Virus record (IMG/VR): IMGVR_UViG_3300024273_002067
Source: a virus
Taxonomy: Duplodnaviria > Heunggongvirae > Uroviricota > Caudoviricetes
Length of the DNA stretch: 64,000 nt
Reading direction: 5' to 3' (one strand)
In this document: piece after piece, positions 48,729 through 58,409 of the stretch
Numbering within the stretch: position 1 is the stretch's first letter
Layout: each line of letters opens with the position of its first letter
The notes under the pieces: model-generated
Told to the model about the DNA's origin: nothing
The model's input: the letters and a program-made list of their open reading frames with translations, nothing else
The model's database searches: none
Position numbers and translations under genes: made by a program

Positions 48729-49277
48729 TTGAATATTTATGAATATTATCAACTATTTATATATAACAACAAAAATACGAAAAATAATATTGATATGAAA
48801 GAGAATAAGCTAATTTTAGGCTTTGGGAGTGTTAAGGAATTGATGGATTCTGTACTCGGACTAAAGAACTCACTTGTAAATTTTGTACTTGCCGCATGCA
48901 CAGCTTTAACATCATTTATAACACAATATATATGGGATGATGCTTCTGCGGTATATTTTATGTTGTTTTTAATTTTAATTGACGCATCTACTGGTGTATG
49001 GAAATCTATTGTAAACAGAAGTTTTAGCAGCAGTAAATTGCCTAGGATTTTTGTAATTTCCATAATATATGTTTTAATGCTATCTATAAGCTGGCATGCC
49101 GCAAAGCACTCAAGCTTGTTTGTCTGGTTGCCTGGTATGGTTTATGGGGGACTAATTGGAACTCCTTTAGTTTCTATATATGAAAACTTTGCCGAATTAG
49201 GCTATGTACCCAAAGGGTTAGTTTATGATATTAAAGAAAAAATAAAAAATTACTTTAACAAAAAACATAACAACTAG
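48729..49277 (+). CDS. Phage holin family protein (likely start ATG 48795)
   Basis: 3-4 TM helices, LIDASTGVWKS..FSSSK, SIYENF. Confidence 0.75.
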   Translation: MNIYEYYQLFIYNNKNTKNNIDMKENKLILGFGSVKELMDSVLGLKNSLVNFVLAACTALTSFITQYIWDDASAVYFMLFLILIDASTGVWKSIVNRSFSSSKLPRIFVISIIYVLMLSISWHAAKHSSLFVWLPGMVYGGLIGTPLVSIYENFAELGYVPKGLVYDIKEKIKNYFNKKHNN

Positions 49278-51499
49278 TATACCCTCCTAAATTGACATCC
49301 ATCCTGAAATTTTAACCAATTTCTTTCTTTGGAAAACTTAGTCAAATATATACCTCCCTTTTCCACTAAATCCTTTATTCTATCATAAGCATCTGACCAA
49401 ACTACCATCTTAACAGATGCACCTCCATCGCTGAGTTCTAGAGACCAATATTTTTTGTTGTTTTTAGATATTTTTTCTACAACATCTTTTATCACAAAAT
49501 AATAATATTTATCAGGATTTTCATAAGAAGTAACGGGTTCAACGTTAAAGTCATACTCTTCTTTAAATTGCTTCTTTATCTTAGATATTTTATCAAAAAG
49601 CTGTAAATCCAAACTACAAACATCTATAAAATCTTTGTACTTAATATCCTTGGGAGTTGGCTCAAACTTCTCCTTAAGACTCTCCTCTATAATGTCAAAT
49701 CTATTTTGACCAAACAAGTCCATTTGCATAGTATTGCTTTTTATTTTAAACTTACGAAACTCCATAAGCTCTTCTCTAGACTCTGACCAATCATCAAAAA
49801 CTCCTGCCTTTAAGCAGGCTTCAAAGTTTGCTTTATTGAATTTAGAAAATTTATGCATAAAAAACTTATCCTTACCAACATTAGAAATATCGACTTTTTG
49901 CAATTCTTCATAGGCAATTTCTCCCATACCATTTATACTAGAAAAACCCATTAAAATAGTTTCTTCATCTAACATACCCCATTCCCATTTTGACTTTCTA
50001 TTAGGAGGCAAAACTTTTATACCCTTAGTGAAAGCGCCCATTATAGCCGATGAAAGCCAAGACTCATCATCTTTAGCATGATTTAATAGAGCTGCATAGA
50101 ATTCAGTAGGATAGTACCTCTTCATAAACAGGGTTTGCATAGCAACATAACTGTAACTCACTGAGTGTGAGCGATTAAAGGAATATCCTAAATACTTTAC
50201 TAACCACTCTTCTATGTCTTTAACTTCATTTTCCTTAAGCCCCTTTTCTTTACAGCCTGACTTAAACTTTTCCCAAAGTGTCAAATACTCTTTATAGTTC
50301 TTATTATTATATTCTTTTTCTTCCAATTTATCTCCTGACAAATTCTTTTTTATGATTTTTGAGGCCTTATCCATAACTTTCCTCAAATTATCACCCTCAC
50401 CAAGAGTCATGCCTGCCAGCTCATGAGCTATAAACATTAGTTGCTCTTGAAATATTAGTACACCATTAGTATTTCTAAGTAAAGGCTCTAGAGATGGGTG
50501 CACCAAACTTATTTCTTCTGGGTTTTTCTTATTTCTGATGTACTCCTCGTGAGCACCAACTCCCATAGGTCCAGGTCTGTATAATGCATTTGCAGCCACC
50601 ATCTCTTCGAAGCTCTCTATGTGCATTCTTTTTATCAGTTTAGACATACCATCAGACTCAAATTGAAACACCCCTTGATTGTTTCCGCTTCTAATCTCTT
50701 CAAACAAATCAGAATTGTCTAAATCAACATACTTTACCTGCTCAGAAACATCTATACCCCTATTCTCTTTAACTAACCTTATAGCTTGTTTAAGTATGTT
50801 TAATGTTGTTAAATTTAATCTGTCTAACTTTAATATACCTAAGTCAGATAAGTCTTTACCACTACCAGACTCTTGAAATCCAGAAACAGTGACTCCTTTT
50901 ACCATATTTACAGGCATATATTCCCAAACAGGGCCTGGAGTTATGACTATGCCTGCGGCATGTTTTCCCAAATTTCTAACTTGACCCTGTAGAGTGAGTG
51001 TTGTATCTATTGTTTTTTTGTTACTGGGGCTTTCTATCCATTTCTTAACCAAGTCAGAAGCTTCAGGTGTATTAGGGTGTTGTTCTAGCCAATCTTTTAA
51101 ATCGCCATCATATTTCATAAACATTTTTGGCATTTCCTTGGTAACTGCAAATATTTCAGAATCAAACCCTCCGTCTCCTCCAAATGCCTTGACTACATCT
51201 TTTATACAACCCTTCTCATTAAATGTTGAAAATGTTATTACTGGGAAAACGCATTCTTTTCCATATTTGTTATACAAGAACTCATCAGTCTTTACGTCTG
51301 AACCAGTCTCAAAATCTATGTCAATATCTGGTGGAGAATTGTGTATTAACACACTGGAAATCAACGTGTTATGGCACTCACTTAAATCTTTACTTGAAGA
51401 GAAGAATAAATTATCTTTATCAAAAGATAGGTCATACACCTTTCCTTTATAAGGAATTTTTTTTATACTTCTAATTTTAGATATTTTCATAAGACTCAA
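49274..51499 (-). CDS. dnaE: DNA polymerase III alpha, C-terminal half preceded by split-intein IntC (likely start ATG 51490)
   Basis: IntC KVYDL..VLIHN then SPPDIDIDF; GKHAAG, LKLDRL, GVFQFES, LYRPGP, LIFQEQ, YSFNRSH. Confidence 0.93.
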   Translation of the reverse strand: MSLMKISKIRSIKKIPYKGKVYDLSFDKDNLFFSSSKDLSECHNTLISSVLIHNSPPDIDIDFETGSDVKTDEFLYNKYGKECVFPVITFSTFNEKGCIKDVVKAFGGDGGFDSEIFAVTKEMPKMFMKYDGDLKDWLEQHPNTPEASDLVKKWIESPSNKKTIDTTLTLQGQVRNLGKHAAGIVITPGPVWEYMPVNMVKGVTVSGFQESGSGKDLSDLGILKLDRLNLTTLNILKQAIRLVKENRGIDVSEQVKYVDLDNSDLFEEIRSGNNQGVFQFESDGMSKLIKRMHIESFEEMVAANALYRPGPMGVGAHEEYIRNKKNPEEISLVHPSLEPLLRNTNGVLIFQEQLMFIAHELAGMTLGEGDNLRKVMDKASKIIKKNLSGDKLEEKEYNNKNYKEYLTLWEKFKSGCKEKGLKENEVKDIEEWLVKYLGYSFNRSHSVSYSYVAMQTLFMKRYYPTEFYAALLNHAKDDESWLSSAIMGAFTKGIKVLPPNRKSKWEWGMLDEETILMGFSSINGMGEIAYEELQKVDISNVGKDKFFMHKFSKFNKANFEACLKAGVFDDWSESREELMEFRKFKIKSNTMQMDLFGQNRFDIIEESLKEKFEPTPKDIKYKDFIDVCSLDLQLFDKISKIKKQFKEEYDFNVEPVTSYENPDKYYYFVIKDVVEKISKNNKKYWSLELSDGGASVKMVVWSDAYDRIKDLVEKGGIYLTKFSKERNWLKFQDGCQFRRVY
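51338..51490 (-). mobile_element. Split intein, C-terminal part (IntC)
   Basis: MKISKIRSIKKIPYKGKVYDL...VLIHN followed by Ser+1. Confidence 0.9.
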
Positions 51500-52577
51500 C
51501 TATATTTTTAATCATTATTATAATATTTTCCCTATTCTCTTTCCAGTCGTTCTCCCAAATTTCAATAAAATTACATTTGAGAATATTTATTATCTCATTT
51601 TTTCTCTTTCTGTCATCCTTCCAAATTTCACTTGCATATTTGTTTTTATTTTTATGATAAAAACTATTTTCATAAATTAAAGGATTACAATGCCAATAGT
51701 CTCCCATAACCTCTATCACTATATTGTATTCTTCATTATAATAATCAATCTTATAGAATTTATTTTTATTTATAACTAATATCTTCTGCCCTAAAGGTGA
51801 TTTTTTAAAAAAAGAGTCTCCTGGGACTTCTTTTGATATTTCAGCAATAATTTCTCTTTCCAACTTAGATGTCTCTCCAAAATTTTTATTTACCTTTTTA
51901 GCATTTGCAAGCTGCCATTCATCAGAATAAAATAAATTATCTACTCCAAATTTTTCTTGCATAGAAATCGTTACTGCAGAATAATGACAACCTCTCTCTA
52001 AAAACCATTTAACACCATATTTATTCTCTATTGTTTTTGAAATTTTATCTCTAATCTCTTTTATTTGAACAGGGGATGTCATTCCAGTAACTCCATAATT
52101 TTCATTTAAACTCCTATTAAAAGAGTCTCTATATTCTCTAGTTTTATAGTAAAGTGATTTATAATCTTTCTCCGAAATTATATAACCATGTGACCAAAAT
52201 TTTACTCCCCCACGAGATGGATGTAATTTAACTAAAACATTTTTTTTACTAAACCTATCATAAATCTGAATCTTCGCATCTGTTATTGAAATCTCTTTAT
52301 TTAAATCAGTTTTTACTCTAACTGACTTCTGACCCCTTCCGCTTTTTCCAAAAAAACACCTTGTTGCTTTTCCAATATTTACCTCTCCTACAAAGACAAA
52401 CTTTCCAACCACATTTTCCAAAGAAATAAATAAATCACTCTTATATTCCCAATCTCTTTTTTCTTCTTCAGATGCTAACTTTAGCTCTTGAAAGCCAACT
52501 AAAGCTTCACACAAATCTTTTTGTGTATCAAAATTATTATTTTCTATTTCTTCTTTTTTCATTTTACTATAATCCAT
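51477..52577 (-). CDS. Free-standing Vsr/DUF559-like (EDxHD-type) homing endonuclease between the dnaE halves
   Basis: KYGV/KFGV repeats, SKLERE, IDYY, IEVMGDYWH, IWE.DW. Confidence 0.8.
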   Translation of the reverse strand: MDYSKMKKEEIENNNFDTQKDLCEALVGFQELKLASEEEKRDWEYKSDLFISLENVVGKFVFVGEVNIGKATRCFFGKSGRGQKSVRVKTDLNKEISITDAKIQIYDRFSKKNVLVKLHPSRGGVKFWSHGYIISEKDYKSLYYKTREYRDSFNRSLNENYGVTGMTSPVQIKEIRDKISKTIENKYGVKWFLERGCHYSAVTISMQEKFGVDNLFYSDEWQLANAKKVNKNFGETSKLEREIIAEISKEVPGDSFFKKSPLGQKILVINKNKFYKIDYYNEEYNIVIEVMGDYWHCNPLIYENSFYHKNKNKYASEIWKDDRKRKNEIINILKCNFIEIWENDWKENRENIIIMIKNIVESYENI

Positions 52578-52607
52578 GTCTATAAATATAGATAAAAACT
52601 TTAAACT

Positions 52608-54833
52608 TTAAAAAGAAAACAGTAAGTCTGTTTCTTTTATTTCATCAACTCTTATTTCAATTCTTTTTTTATCTCTGAAAACAGGAATTATATGACACCC
52701 TGTGAGCTGAACAACAGAACCGTCTTCAGTCTCTATCTCAAATATATTCTCATGCTCTTCCAGCTCTCTCTCATGCTTCTGAACCAAGACTCCTTTTCCA
52801 GTTTCAGTCTGCACTGGGTCTCCGACTTTAACATCCACTACATTTTTATAAGAACCATCTTTCATCATAACATTACAATTATCTGTAAGACAATTTCTGG
52901 CTGGATTTAAGAATCTTTCAAAATACAAATCAAACCTTATCGGGTCAATCTTTGTTATGTCTAAGCACCAAGAAAGTAAAGAGCCTGCCGCACTTCCCCT
53001 TCCTGGCCCTACCTCTATATCGTTGTCGGCACAAAACCTTATAAGCTCCCAAACCACAAGAAAATAATCCAACATTTTCTTTTCTTTTATAACCTCCAGC
53101 TCATAGTCTAGCCTTTCTCTGTACTTAGAAATTTTATCATCATCTATTTCAACAGGCCCACGCTCTTTATATATATTAAGCTTTTGATTAAGCTTAGCAT
53201 GTGACAACCTTCTTATTATCTCTTCTCCATCATTGGTTTTAAAAAAGTCATAAACATCTTTAGTTGGCTTATATTTCGGATATTTCTCTACGTCTGTTTC
53301 AAAGTCAAAATTACATATAGAAGCAATTTTTTCACTTGTAATCATACACATTTTTATGAATTCTTCACTATAATTAAATCCATAATTCTTGTTCATTTCT
53401 AATATCTCAGACTCGTCAACGTAGTACATGTCCCTACTGTCTTTGGTCCTAGCTCTTTTTATAGACCTTTTTTGATTTATTGAAATCAATACATCTTGTA
53501 GTACTTTATCCTTTTTTTCTGGGTAGTATATGTCATTAGAAATTATTACAGCCATACTATATTTGTCTGACATGTTAATTATGAAGTCATTATAATTCCT
53601 TTGTACCTCATTGTCCTCAAGGGAAATTTCGGCTATATAAGACTTTTTTCCAAATGCACTTAACATGCTCACTAGATAATCTTCAGCATCTTTATATTTG
53701 CCCATTTGCAAATATTTACATATTGTTCCGTTTTTAGATGAAGTTGTTAATATCAAACCCTCTTTATTCTCCAAAATCCATGAAGTTTTTATTCTAGGAA
53801 CTCTATAAAAACCTTCAGCAAATGATAAATAATTTATTTTATTAATATTAACAAAACCCTCTTTATTTGTAACTATTATTTTTTGAAGAACATTTTTATC
53901 TTGTTGCTTAGGCTCATACTCACCACCAATACTATCGTTTAAATGAAATTCACATCCTATTATCGGTTTTATGTTTTTAGATTTACACTTTTGATAAAAA
54001 GAAAAAGCACCAGACAAGCTACCTTTATCTGTCAAAACTAAAGATTTGTGATTATACTTTTTGGCTAAATCAATATAATCAGAAGTTGAACCAGCACCTT
54101 CTAGTACAGAATGATAAGTGTGAACTCCAAAATTTACCATAGAGAAGTCGTTATTAAAATCTCCATTTTTTGACTTCCACTTATTAATTATATTTTGTTC
54201 AGAATCAACTGAAGACATATGTGTTTTGAAGTCATCCCCAAAACCTAATCCACCTATTCTTCTGAGCTCGAAAAAACATCTAGCCAACGCCTCAACATCA
54301 ACCAGTGCATCATGAGCATCTTCAAAAGCCTTGTTAAACAACTTCTTGTGCAATTCTGTAAGAGTAGGAGGCTTAAGTCCCATCTTGCCTTGTATTCTAC
54401 AAAAATCTATAGTAGAATTCATAGTGCATATATTCACTATGTTTCTCATTGAATTTTTCATTTTTAATCTAAAAAACTCAGAAGCCGTAACTTTATTGTC
54501 GAAACTTACATTGTGTGCAACAATAAAATTAGAATTCTCTATATCTTTAGAAAATTCTTTCAAGACATCAGAAATTAAAACACCATCTCTGTTAGCTCGT
54601 TCATTAGTTATTCTATGAATTCTAATGCTATCATCTGGTATGACAAAACCGTCTGGTTTTATAATTTTATTATTAGAGCTTATGACTTTACCATTTATGT
54701 CATACACCTTCCATGCCAACTGAACTATTCTGGGCCAATTGTCCGTATCGCTAACTGGTGCGCTAAAATCTTCAGGAAGCCCTGTGGTTTCTGTATCAAA
54801 TACTATAAACATAATAAATTTTATATCATACAA
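52608..54833 (-). CDS. dnaE: DNA polymerase III alpha, N-terminal half (DEDD exonuclease + PHP) ending in split-intein IntN (likely start ATG 54812)
   Basis: FDTETTG..NWPRIVQ, HTYHS, GPGRGSAAGS, FERFLNPARN, then CLTD. Confidence 0.93.
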   Translation of the reverse strand: MYDIKFIMFIVFDTETTGLPEDFSAPVSDTDNWPRIVQLAWKVYDINGKVISSNNKIIKPDGFVIPDDSIRIHRITNERANRDGVLISDVLKEFSKDIENSNFIVAHNVSFDNKVTASEFFRLKMKNSMRNIVNICTMNSTIDFCRIQGKMGLKPPTLTELHKKLFNKAFEDAHDALVDVEALARCFFELRRIGGLGFGDDFKTHMSSVDSEQNIINKWKSKNGDFNNDFSMVNFGVHTYHSVLEGAGSTSDYIDLAKKYNHKSLVLTDKGSLSGAFSFYQKCKSKNIKPIIGCEFHLNDSIGGEYEPKQQDKNVLQKIIVTNKEGFVNINKINYLSFAEGFYRVPRIKTSWILENKEGLILTTSSKNGTICKYLQMGKYKDAEDYLVSMLSAFGKKSYIAEISLEDNEVQRNYNDFIINMSDKYSMAVIISNDIYYPEKKDKVLQDVLISINQKRSIKRARTKDSRDMYYVDESEILEMNKNYGFNYSEEFIKMCMITSEKIASICNFDFETDVEKYPKYKPTKDVYDFFKTNDGEEIIRRLSHAKLNQKLNIYKERGPVEIDDDKISKYRERLDYELEVIKEKKMLDYFLVVWELIRFCADNDIEVGPGRGSAAGSLLSWCLDITKIDPIRFDLYFERFLNPARNCLTDNCNVMMKDGSYKNVVDVKVGDPVQTETGKGVLVQKHERELEEHENIFEIETEDGSVVQLTGCHIIPVFRDKKRIEIRVDEIKETDLLFSF
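52611..52892 (-). mobile_element. Split intein, N-terminal part (IntN, 94 aa)
   Basis: Cys1 CLTDNCNV..DGS.K, block B LTGCH, ends at the stop codon. Confidence 0.9.
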
Positions 54834-54838
54834 ATATA
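54831..54838 (-). promoter_or_regulatory. TATATTTG -7 element upstream of dnaE-N
   Basis: Exact TAnnTTTG 18 nt before ATG 54812. Confidence 0.55.
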
Positions 54839-54883
54839 ATAATTAAAGTTATTGAGTACAATTTTTTTGTAATATTTATTATT

Positions 54884-55492
54884 ATGAACTTAATTTCTAC
54901 AAGTGAATATAAATCATTAGAGCCAAAAGAAAAATCTAAATTTCTTGATTATTTAGTTTATCTAAAAGCCCCAGTTGGTCTTTATTTTTTTAAAAATTTT
55001 AGCAACAAACAAAAGCAGGACTACATAGAAAATAGAATAAAATCAGCAGATTGGTTAGAGGATTATGAATTTACTATAATGTCTAATGACCAAAAGCAAA
55101 GATATATATTTAGAAAGAGATTTTTAACTAATTCTGAATTCTTAAAACTTAATGAAAAACTTCAAGAATATTATTTGCAAATGGCTTCTTATATTAAGTT
55201 ACAACTTAATGATAGTGAGTTTAAAATATTAAGCCCAAAAATGAAAAAAATATATTGCAATTTTACTTTTGAGTTCCCTTTAGTTTTAGATGTTGAAAAG
55301 GTTCAGTTTTTAAGCAAAAAGAATCAAAAAAGATATATAGAAAAACAAGTCGAAAGAGGAGTTTCTTTTTCGGAGGCACAATATAAGACTTTACCTCCCA
55401 TAGCAAAAGTTGAGTATAATAAAATAAAAAATTCTAATTTAAATGAAGTTAGAATTTTTATTAGAAAAATTTTAAAAGAGACTTTATGTTAA
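54884..55492 (+). CDS. Helical repeat protein (about 7 repeats of F..L....Q..Y)
   Basis: EYKSLEPKEKSKFL / EFTIMSNDQKQRYI / EFLKLNEKLQEYYL etc.; TATTTAT upstream. Confidence 0.7.
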   Translation: MNLISTSEYKSLEPKEKSKFLDYLVYLKAPVGLYFFKNFSNKQKQDYIENRIKSADWLEDYEFTIMSNDQKQRYIFRKRFLTNSEFLKLNEKLQEYYLQMASYIKLQLNDSEFKILSPKMKKIYCNFTFEFPLVLDVEKVQFLSKKNQKRYIEKQVERGVSFSEAQYKTLPPIAKVEYNKIKNSNLNEVRIFIRKILKETLC

Positions 55493-55788
55493 GAGTAATC
55501 ACTTTGATTATCTTCTCTCTGCTTTAACAGGCTAGCCCTCAACTCTATACAAAGCTTTCTTATTTCATTTAGATTATTTCTAGCATCTATTGAGGCATCC
55601 ACAGTTCCTTTGAACATAAACTTATATAACCTAGGCTCTGTTTTTTCAATTAAAAATTTTATTTTTTGAAAAATTTCATCAATACCATATTCATCGTCTT
55701 CAACATTTTTATCACTCAAAGAGTTTGAATTCTTTTTTAAACCCAATCTTTTATCTCTTATTTGCTTTTTTAAATCATCGTAATCCAT
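55489..55788 (-). CDS. Hypothetical protein, possibly Hc1-like helical DNA-binding protein
   Basis: KFMFKGTVDASIDARNNLNEIRKL resembles KF..KGNKAAG.RARK.L.E.K.L (recalled). Confidence 0.4.
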   Translation of the reverse strand: MDYDDLKKQIRDKRLGLKKNSNSLSDKNVEDDEYGIDEIFQKIKFLIEKTEPRLYKFMFKGTVDASIDARNNLNEIRKLCIELRASLLKQREDNQSDYS

Positions 55789-55818
55789 AAAATATTTTTT
55801 AATAATTAGTCATTAGAA

Positions 55819-57642
55819 TCAAATAGTATTTCCTTCATTTAACAAATCATTTCCTTCATCATCTAACCCAGTCTTTTCGTCTATGCTGTTTAACTTAGAG
55901 GTTATAGAGTCAATTAAATTTTTTGTTTTAGTATTTAAATTCTTATTTTTTTTGTTCAAAATGTTAACGTTTTTACTTGCATTAACCTTATCATCTATTG
56001 TTGCTATGTTTAAATCCTTTAAATCTTGCTCCAAAAATAAAACACTCTCTTCTAGAGGCTCATCTACAGCAGGCTCATCAACAGACGGCTCATCTACAGC
56101 AGGCTCATCAAAACTTGCATCATCTCCAGCATCTCCAGCATCTCCAGAAAGAGTATCTTCTGCTGCCTTAAACTTTTCGTCTATATCAGCAAAAAGACCA
56201 GTTTGCATATACTCCTCTGGTGCAGTCTCTATTTCTGAGAACATTTTTTTCTCTACTTTTTTCTGTCTTAATATTTGTTTTATTTCCGCCTTGGAGAATC
56301 CCATAACATACTCCATAGCCCAAGTGTAGGATACTGGCGAAGTTGGTTCTGCAGTGTACATTTCCTTAAAAACTTCAAGCCTAGCCTTCATTGTCTCTAA
56401 CTTTAACAACTCCTGCTGTGTGGATGGATTAGTTAACTTTAGGTTGAAATTGTCCATATCATCCTCAAATCCCAAAAGAAATAGGTGAACGTTTGCAATT
56501 CTTCTAAGCTCTATTATTATATTTTCTTGTATTCTATTTATAGTTCTACTGAACCTCAAATCAGCCTGAGATAAAGCTGAACCACCAGGCATAGATTCTG
56601 CATAATTCAAATAAGGCTTAGGCACTTTCAGTGCTGCAAACAATTTATTTTGCAAATATTCCACATCTTGTATCTCCCCTAGATTAGATGCTCCAGGAAG
56701 CGTTTCTATCCTAGAAGACTTATCCCCTCTAATGGGAAGAAAGTAATCTTCCTCCATTGTTAAGGGATTGTATTTTAAATTCATTTGACCAGTCTTCTGG
56801 TCAACAATAGGAGATTTTTTTAATTCTCTTTTTATTCTTTCAACATATTGTTGTACATCTGCAGACTCTAAGTTACCAACTTCAATATAATGAACCCTTC
56901 TCTCAGGGGCTCTAATAATTCTATATACTAACATGGCATCTTCTGCTAGCTGAAGTTGTTTCCAAAGCTTTCTGGCAGGGTCTAAAACGCTTCTACCATA
57001 AGGTAATTTTGTACCATCTGAAACTAACCTAAAGTGAGCTATTTGAAACTCTTCAAAGTACATGTTATTAATGTCCCACTTAAATCTAGAGGAATTTACA
57101 TTACCATCAAAAGCTTCTTCTCTATGAATTTCTGCAACAGGCAACATTCTTACATCGTATATTCCTTCTTGTTGGTCTATTTCCAATTTAGCAAAAGCAT
57201 CTCCGAACTTAATCATTTCTCTAATCCAAAAAGTCAAATTATATTCTATATTTAATCTGTCATGAAACAAATCTTTTAGAATAGTTTTGATTCTATCATT
57301 TTCAGAATATATTGACAATATATCACCCCTTTCATCTCTAGTTACAGTTTCATCTGTAATTATATCTAATGCTGCAGAAACTTCAGGAGACATGTCCATG
57401 GCTCTATAATCATTATATGCACCAAGCCTATCTGTGTCATAATAAACACTTCTAGAATATATATCTTGAGCAATTTTTTGAGACTGCACATCTAGAAAGT
57501 CTTGCTGCCTCTGTTGTACTGGTGTAGATTGAGGGCTAGAAATATTCCCAGAAATAACTTGCTTCTCTTGAGGCAGTGGCCTAGAAGTCCTTCCCCTCTT
57601 CAGTCTGTCCAATAAATTTATAAATACACTTTCGTCTGCCAT
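55819..57642 (-). CDS. Portal protein (T4 gp20-like)
   Basis: EVSAALDII.DE, EDAMLVYRIIRAPERRV..IEVGNL, EDYFLPIRG, IETLPG, KLFAALKVP. Confidence 0.93.
   Translation of the reverse strand: MADESVFINLLDRLKRGRTSRPLPQEKQVISGNISSPQSTPVQQRQQDFLDVQSQKIAQDIYSRSVYYDTDRLGAYNDYRAMDMSPEVSAALDIITDETVTRDERGDILSIYSENDRIKTILKDLFHDRLNIEYNLTFWIREMIKFGDAFAKLEIDQQEGIYDVRMLPVAEIHREEAFDGNVNSSRFKWDINNMYFEEFQIAHFRLVSDGTKLPYGRSVLDPARKLWKQLQLAEDAMLVYRIIRAPERRVHYIEVGNLESADVQQYVERIKRELKKSPIVDQKTGQMNLKYNPLTMEEDYFLPIRGDKSSRIETLPGASNLGEIQDVEYLQNKLFAALKVPKPYLNYAESMPGGSALSQADLRFSRTINRIQENIIIELRRIANVHLFLLGFEDDMDNFNLKLTNPSTQQELLKLETMKARLEVFKEMYTAEPTSPVSYTWAMEYVMGFSKAEIKQILRQKKVEKKMFSEIETAPEEYMQTGLFADIDEKFKAAEDTLSGDAGDAGDDASFDEPAVDEPSVDEPAVDEPLEESVLFLEQDLKDLNIATIDDKVNASKNVNILNKKNKNLNTKTKNLIDSITSKLNSIDEKTGLDDEGNDLLNEGNTI
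56057..56147. repeat. Short tandem repeats in portal C-terminal acidic tail (15-bp DEP(A/S)V and 9-bp GDA units)
   Basis: ggctcatc(t/a)acag units (3 full plus a partial) and catctccag x3. Confidence 0.9.
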
Positions 57643-57653
57643 TTTTCTTTTTA

Positions 57654-58379
57654 TTAATAAATATTAAGTTTTTCTTTTTTAAGCTCTGTAGAGGGGTTTT
57701 TATAACACCTTACATCAACTAAATGAGGTGCTCTCATGTGAAACACGCTACTTCCATTACTAATAGAATATTTTTTATGTTTCTTTTCTATTAATAAATC
57801 TTTTTTATAAAAAGACAAAGCGTCACTTAATTTTAAGTGAAAATTTTTAAAAGCCATATCACACATCCCCCCAGTTGATGACAAACAAATTAACTTACCA
57901 CCTTCAACCAAAGACTGTGATGAGTACGTTAATATATTTTCTAAATCTTGATGATAAGCGGCCTCGTCTATAATAATAACATCAAACCTAGAACCTCTTA
58001 ACTTATAGTAGTCATTAAAAGTTCTAAAACAAGAGCCTTCAAGATGTAAATCTTTCGCACCCCCTCTAAGCTTGTCTTCAGGATAGCCCCTTAATAAAAA
58101 TCCTAGATGAGTTAAACATTCTGTTGACTCAAAAGGTGAAGCTCCAATAAAAGCTATTTCTTTTCTATCGTATGAACTCCTCATTAAATTGGCTACATAA
58201 TATAAAATCACAGAGGTCATACCCGACTGCCTACTTTTCAGTATGGATATAACATTATTTCTATCAATAGTGTGTAATACTGATTTTTGATTTAAATCAA
58301 AATATTCAGGAATAACGCCCTTACTTTTAGAGTGTAAAAAATCTTTTATATTTGTTAAAAAACTTGTCATCAATGACAA
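57654..58379 (-). CDS. Terminase large-subunit ATPase-only paralog (likely start ATG 58370)
   Basis: KSRQSGMT, LRGSRFDVIIIDEAAY and KLICLSST align with the adjacent TerL; no nuclease domain. Confidence 0.8.
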   Translation of the reverse strand: MSLMTSFLTNIKDFLHSKSKGVIPEYFDLNQKSVLHTIDRNNVISILKSRQSGMTSVILYYVANLMRSSYDRKEIAFIGASPFESTECLTHLGFLLRGYPEDKLRGGAKDLHLEGSCFRTFNDYYKLRGSRFDVIIIDEAAYHQDLENILTYSSQSLVEGGKLICLSSTGGMCDMAFKNFHLKLSDALSFYKKDLLIEKKHKKYSISNGSSVFHMRAPHLVDVRCYKNPSTELKKEKLNIY

Positions 58380-58409
58380 TAAAGGACTTTTTATAAAAAA
58401 GTAAATAGA

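Noticed and set aside
51368-51376. Internal CHN/T in IntC as an alternative splice junction
   Set aside because: Only the downstream VLIHN/S restores the conserved DnaE junction; the upstream site would insert 10 residues next to the catalytic motif.
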